Below are positions 62,948 to 64,000 of a stretch of 64,000 bases of DNA, one piece after another. The translations under genes and the position numbers were made by a program. This stretch comes from Gemmatimonadota bacterium (lineage in GTDB: Bacteria > Gemmatimonadota > Gemmatimonadetes > Palauibacterales > Palauibacteraceae), in contig OZ220691.1 of NCBI GenBank assembly GCA_965116475.1, positions 3,392,001 through 3,456,000 on the forward strand, in the 5' to 3' direction. Under the pieces are notes generated by a model, which saw only the letters and a program-made list of their open reading frames with translations, was not told where the DNA came from and did not search any database. Within the stretch, counting starts at the first letter, position 1. Every line of letters begins with the position of its first letter.

Positions 62948-64000
62948 GTGAGTTCGGGCGACATCCGCGGCCTGCCCGGTTTTCGAGATTTCTTTCCCGA
63001 GGAACTCGCCCTTCGCCGACACATCTTCTCGGCCTGGCGGAGGGTCGGCGCCCGCTACGGGTTCACGGAGTACGACGGACCGCCGCTCGAGGCGCTCGAA
63101 CTCTACACGCGGAAGTCCGGCGAAGAGATCGTAGGCCAGCTGTACGAGTTCGCGGACAAGGGGGGGCGGGCGGTGGCGCTGCGGCCCGAGATGACGCCCA
63201 CGTTCGCGCGCATGATCGCCACCCGCGCCGCCGGACTCGCGAAGCCGGTACGCTGGTTCTCGATCCCGCAGCTCTTCCGCTACGAGCGGCCGCAACGCGG
63301 CCGTCTCCGCGAGCACTTCCAGCTCAACATGGACATCGTCGGCGAGACGAACCCGCTCGCCGATGCGGAGATCATCGGCGCGGGCATCGACGCGCTGCGG
63401 GAACTCGGCCTGGGGCCCGCGGACATCGTGGTCCGCATCTCGGATCGGCGTCTCATCGGCGCGCTCCTCGACGCGCACGGCATCTCCGGCGGGGACCATG
63501 TTTCGGTGTTCGGCGCCCTCGACCGGCTCGAGAAGGAGGGGGAGGACGGGGTCCGCCGGCGCCTCGCCGCAGAGGGCGTGAAGGGGGAAGCGGCGATCCG
63601 GTTGCTGGCGTCCATCCGGCTCCCCCTGGAGGAGCTGGCGGCGGCGCACGGGGGGGACGAAGCGATCGCCGAGGCGGCCGGCCGGCTGTCCACCGTGTTC
63701 GCGCATCTGGGCGCGGCCGGGTTCGGCGACTTCGTGAGATTCGACGCGGGCCTGGTCCGCGGGCTCGCCTACTACACGGGGACCGTGTTCGAGATATGGG
63801 ACCGCCGCGACGAGCTGCGCGCGATCTGCGGTGGCGGCCGCTACGATGACCTGCTGAAGGCGCTGGGAGGCGTGGATCTTCCGGCTCTCGGGTTCGGCAT
63901 GGGGGATGTGGTCCTCGCGGAGCTGCTCAGGGACCGGGGACTTGTGCCCGTCGCGGCGCGCCGCGTGGACGACTACATCGTCTGCGTCTCCGATGCGGAG
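62948..64000 (+). CDS. hisS: Histidine--tRNA ligase, 3' end outside window (missed by the ORF track)
   Basis: GTG start; GLPGFRDFFP, LRPEMTP, FRYERPQRGRLREHFQ, RGLAYYTG, GGGRYD, GFGMG. Confidence 0.95.
   Translation, partial: MSSGDIRGLPGFRDFFPEELALRRHIFSAWRRVGARYGFTEYDGPPLEALELYTRKSGEEIVGQLYEFADKGGRAVALRPEMTPTFARMIATRAAGLAKPVRWFSIPQLFRYERPQRGRLREHFQLNMDIVGETNPLADAEIIGAGIDALRELGLGPADIVVRISDRRLIGALLDAHGISGGDHVSVFGALDRLEKEGEDGVRRRLAAEGVKGEAAIRLLASIRLPLEELAAAHGGDEAIAEAAGRLSTVFAHLGAAGFGDFVRFDAGLVRGLAYYTGTVFEIWDRRDELRAICGGGRYDDLLKALGGVDLPALGFGMGDVVLAELLRDRGLVPVAARRVDDYIVCVSDAE

Overview
A very GC-rich (~70%), gene-dense core-genome window of about 58 genes, nearly all on the + strand. Gene content and order suggest a Gemmatimonadota-type bacterium (inference only). 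Order: rsmE(partial)-hinT-mutS2-dnaG-Zn-ribbon-rsmD-coaD-pta-STAS-fused RsbW/PP2C-rsmA-rex-exonuclease-thiolase-CPBP protease-hbd-acyl-CoA dehydrogenase-glyA, two small conserved unknowns, nnr-thiL-plsC-eno-ftsB-tRNA(CAU)-thiI-uppS-cdsA-dxr-rseP, a minus-strand manC/glmU-like/MBL operon, lipoprotein-serS-histidine kinase-uvrD, murA-pgeF, the rimP-nusA-L7Ae-infB-DUF503-rbfA-truB-ribF-(beta-propeller)-rpsO-pnp-M16 cluster, ald, mreBCD-mrdA-rodA, accD-folC-brxA-hisS(partial). I found no mobile element, CRISPR array or defence island. Best candidates for undescribed biology: (1) a sigma-less partner-switching module whose kinase and phosphatase are fused in one protein; (2) chains of 5-14-codon mini-ORFs that bridge intergenic gaps by NTGA stop/start overlaps, clearest in a triple ACATGA junction before the thiolase; (3) a perfect Rex operator heading an unusual rex-exonuclease-acyl-CoA-glyA unit; (4) a promoter-bearing pair of unknown small proteins; (5) structured rpsO and pnp leaders. 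All calls are by-eye motif recognition; no search was run.
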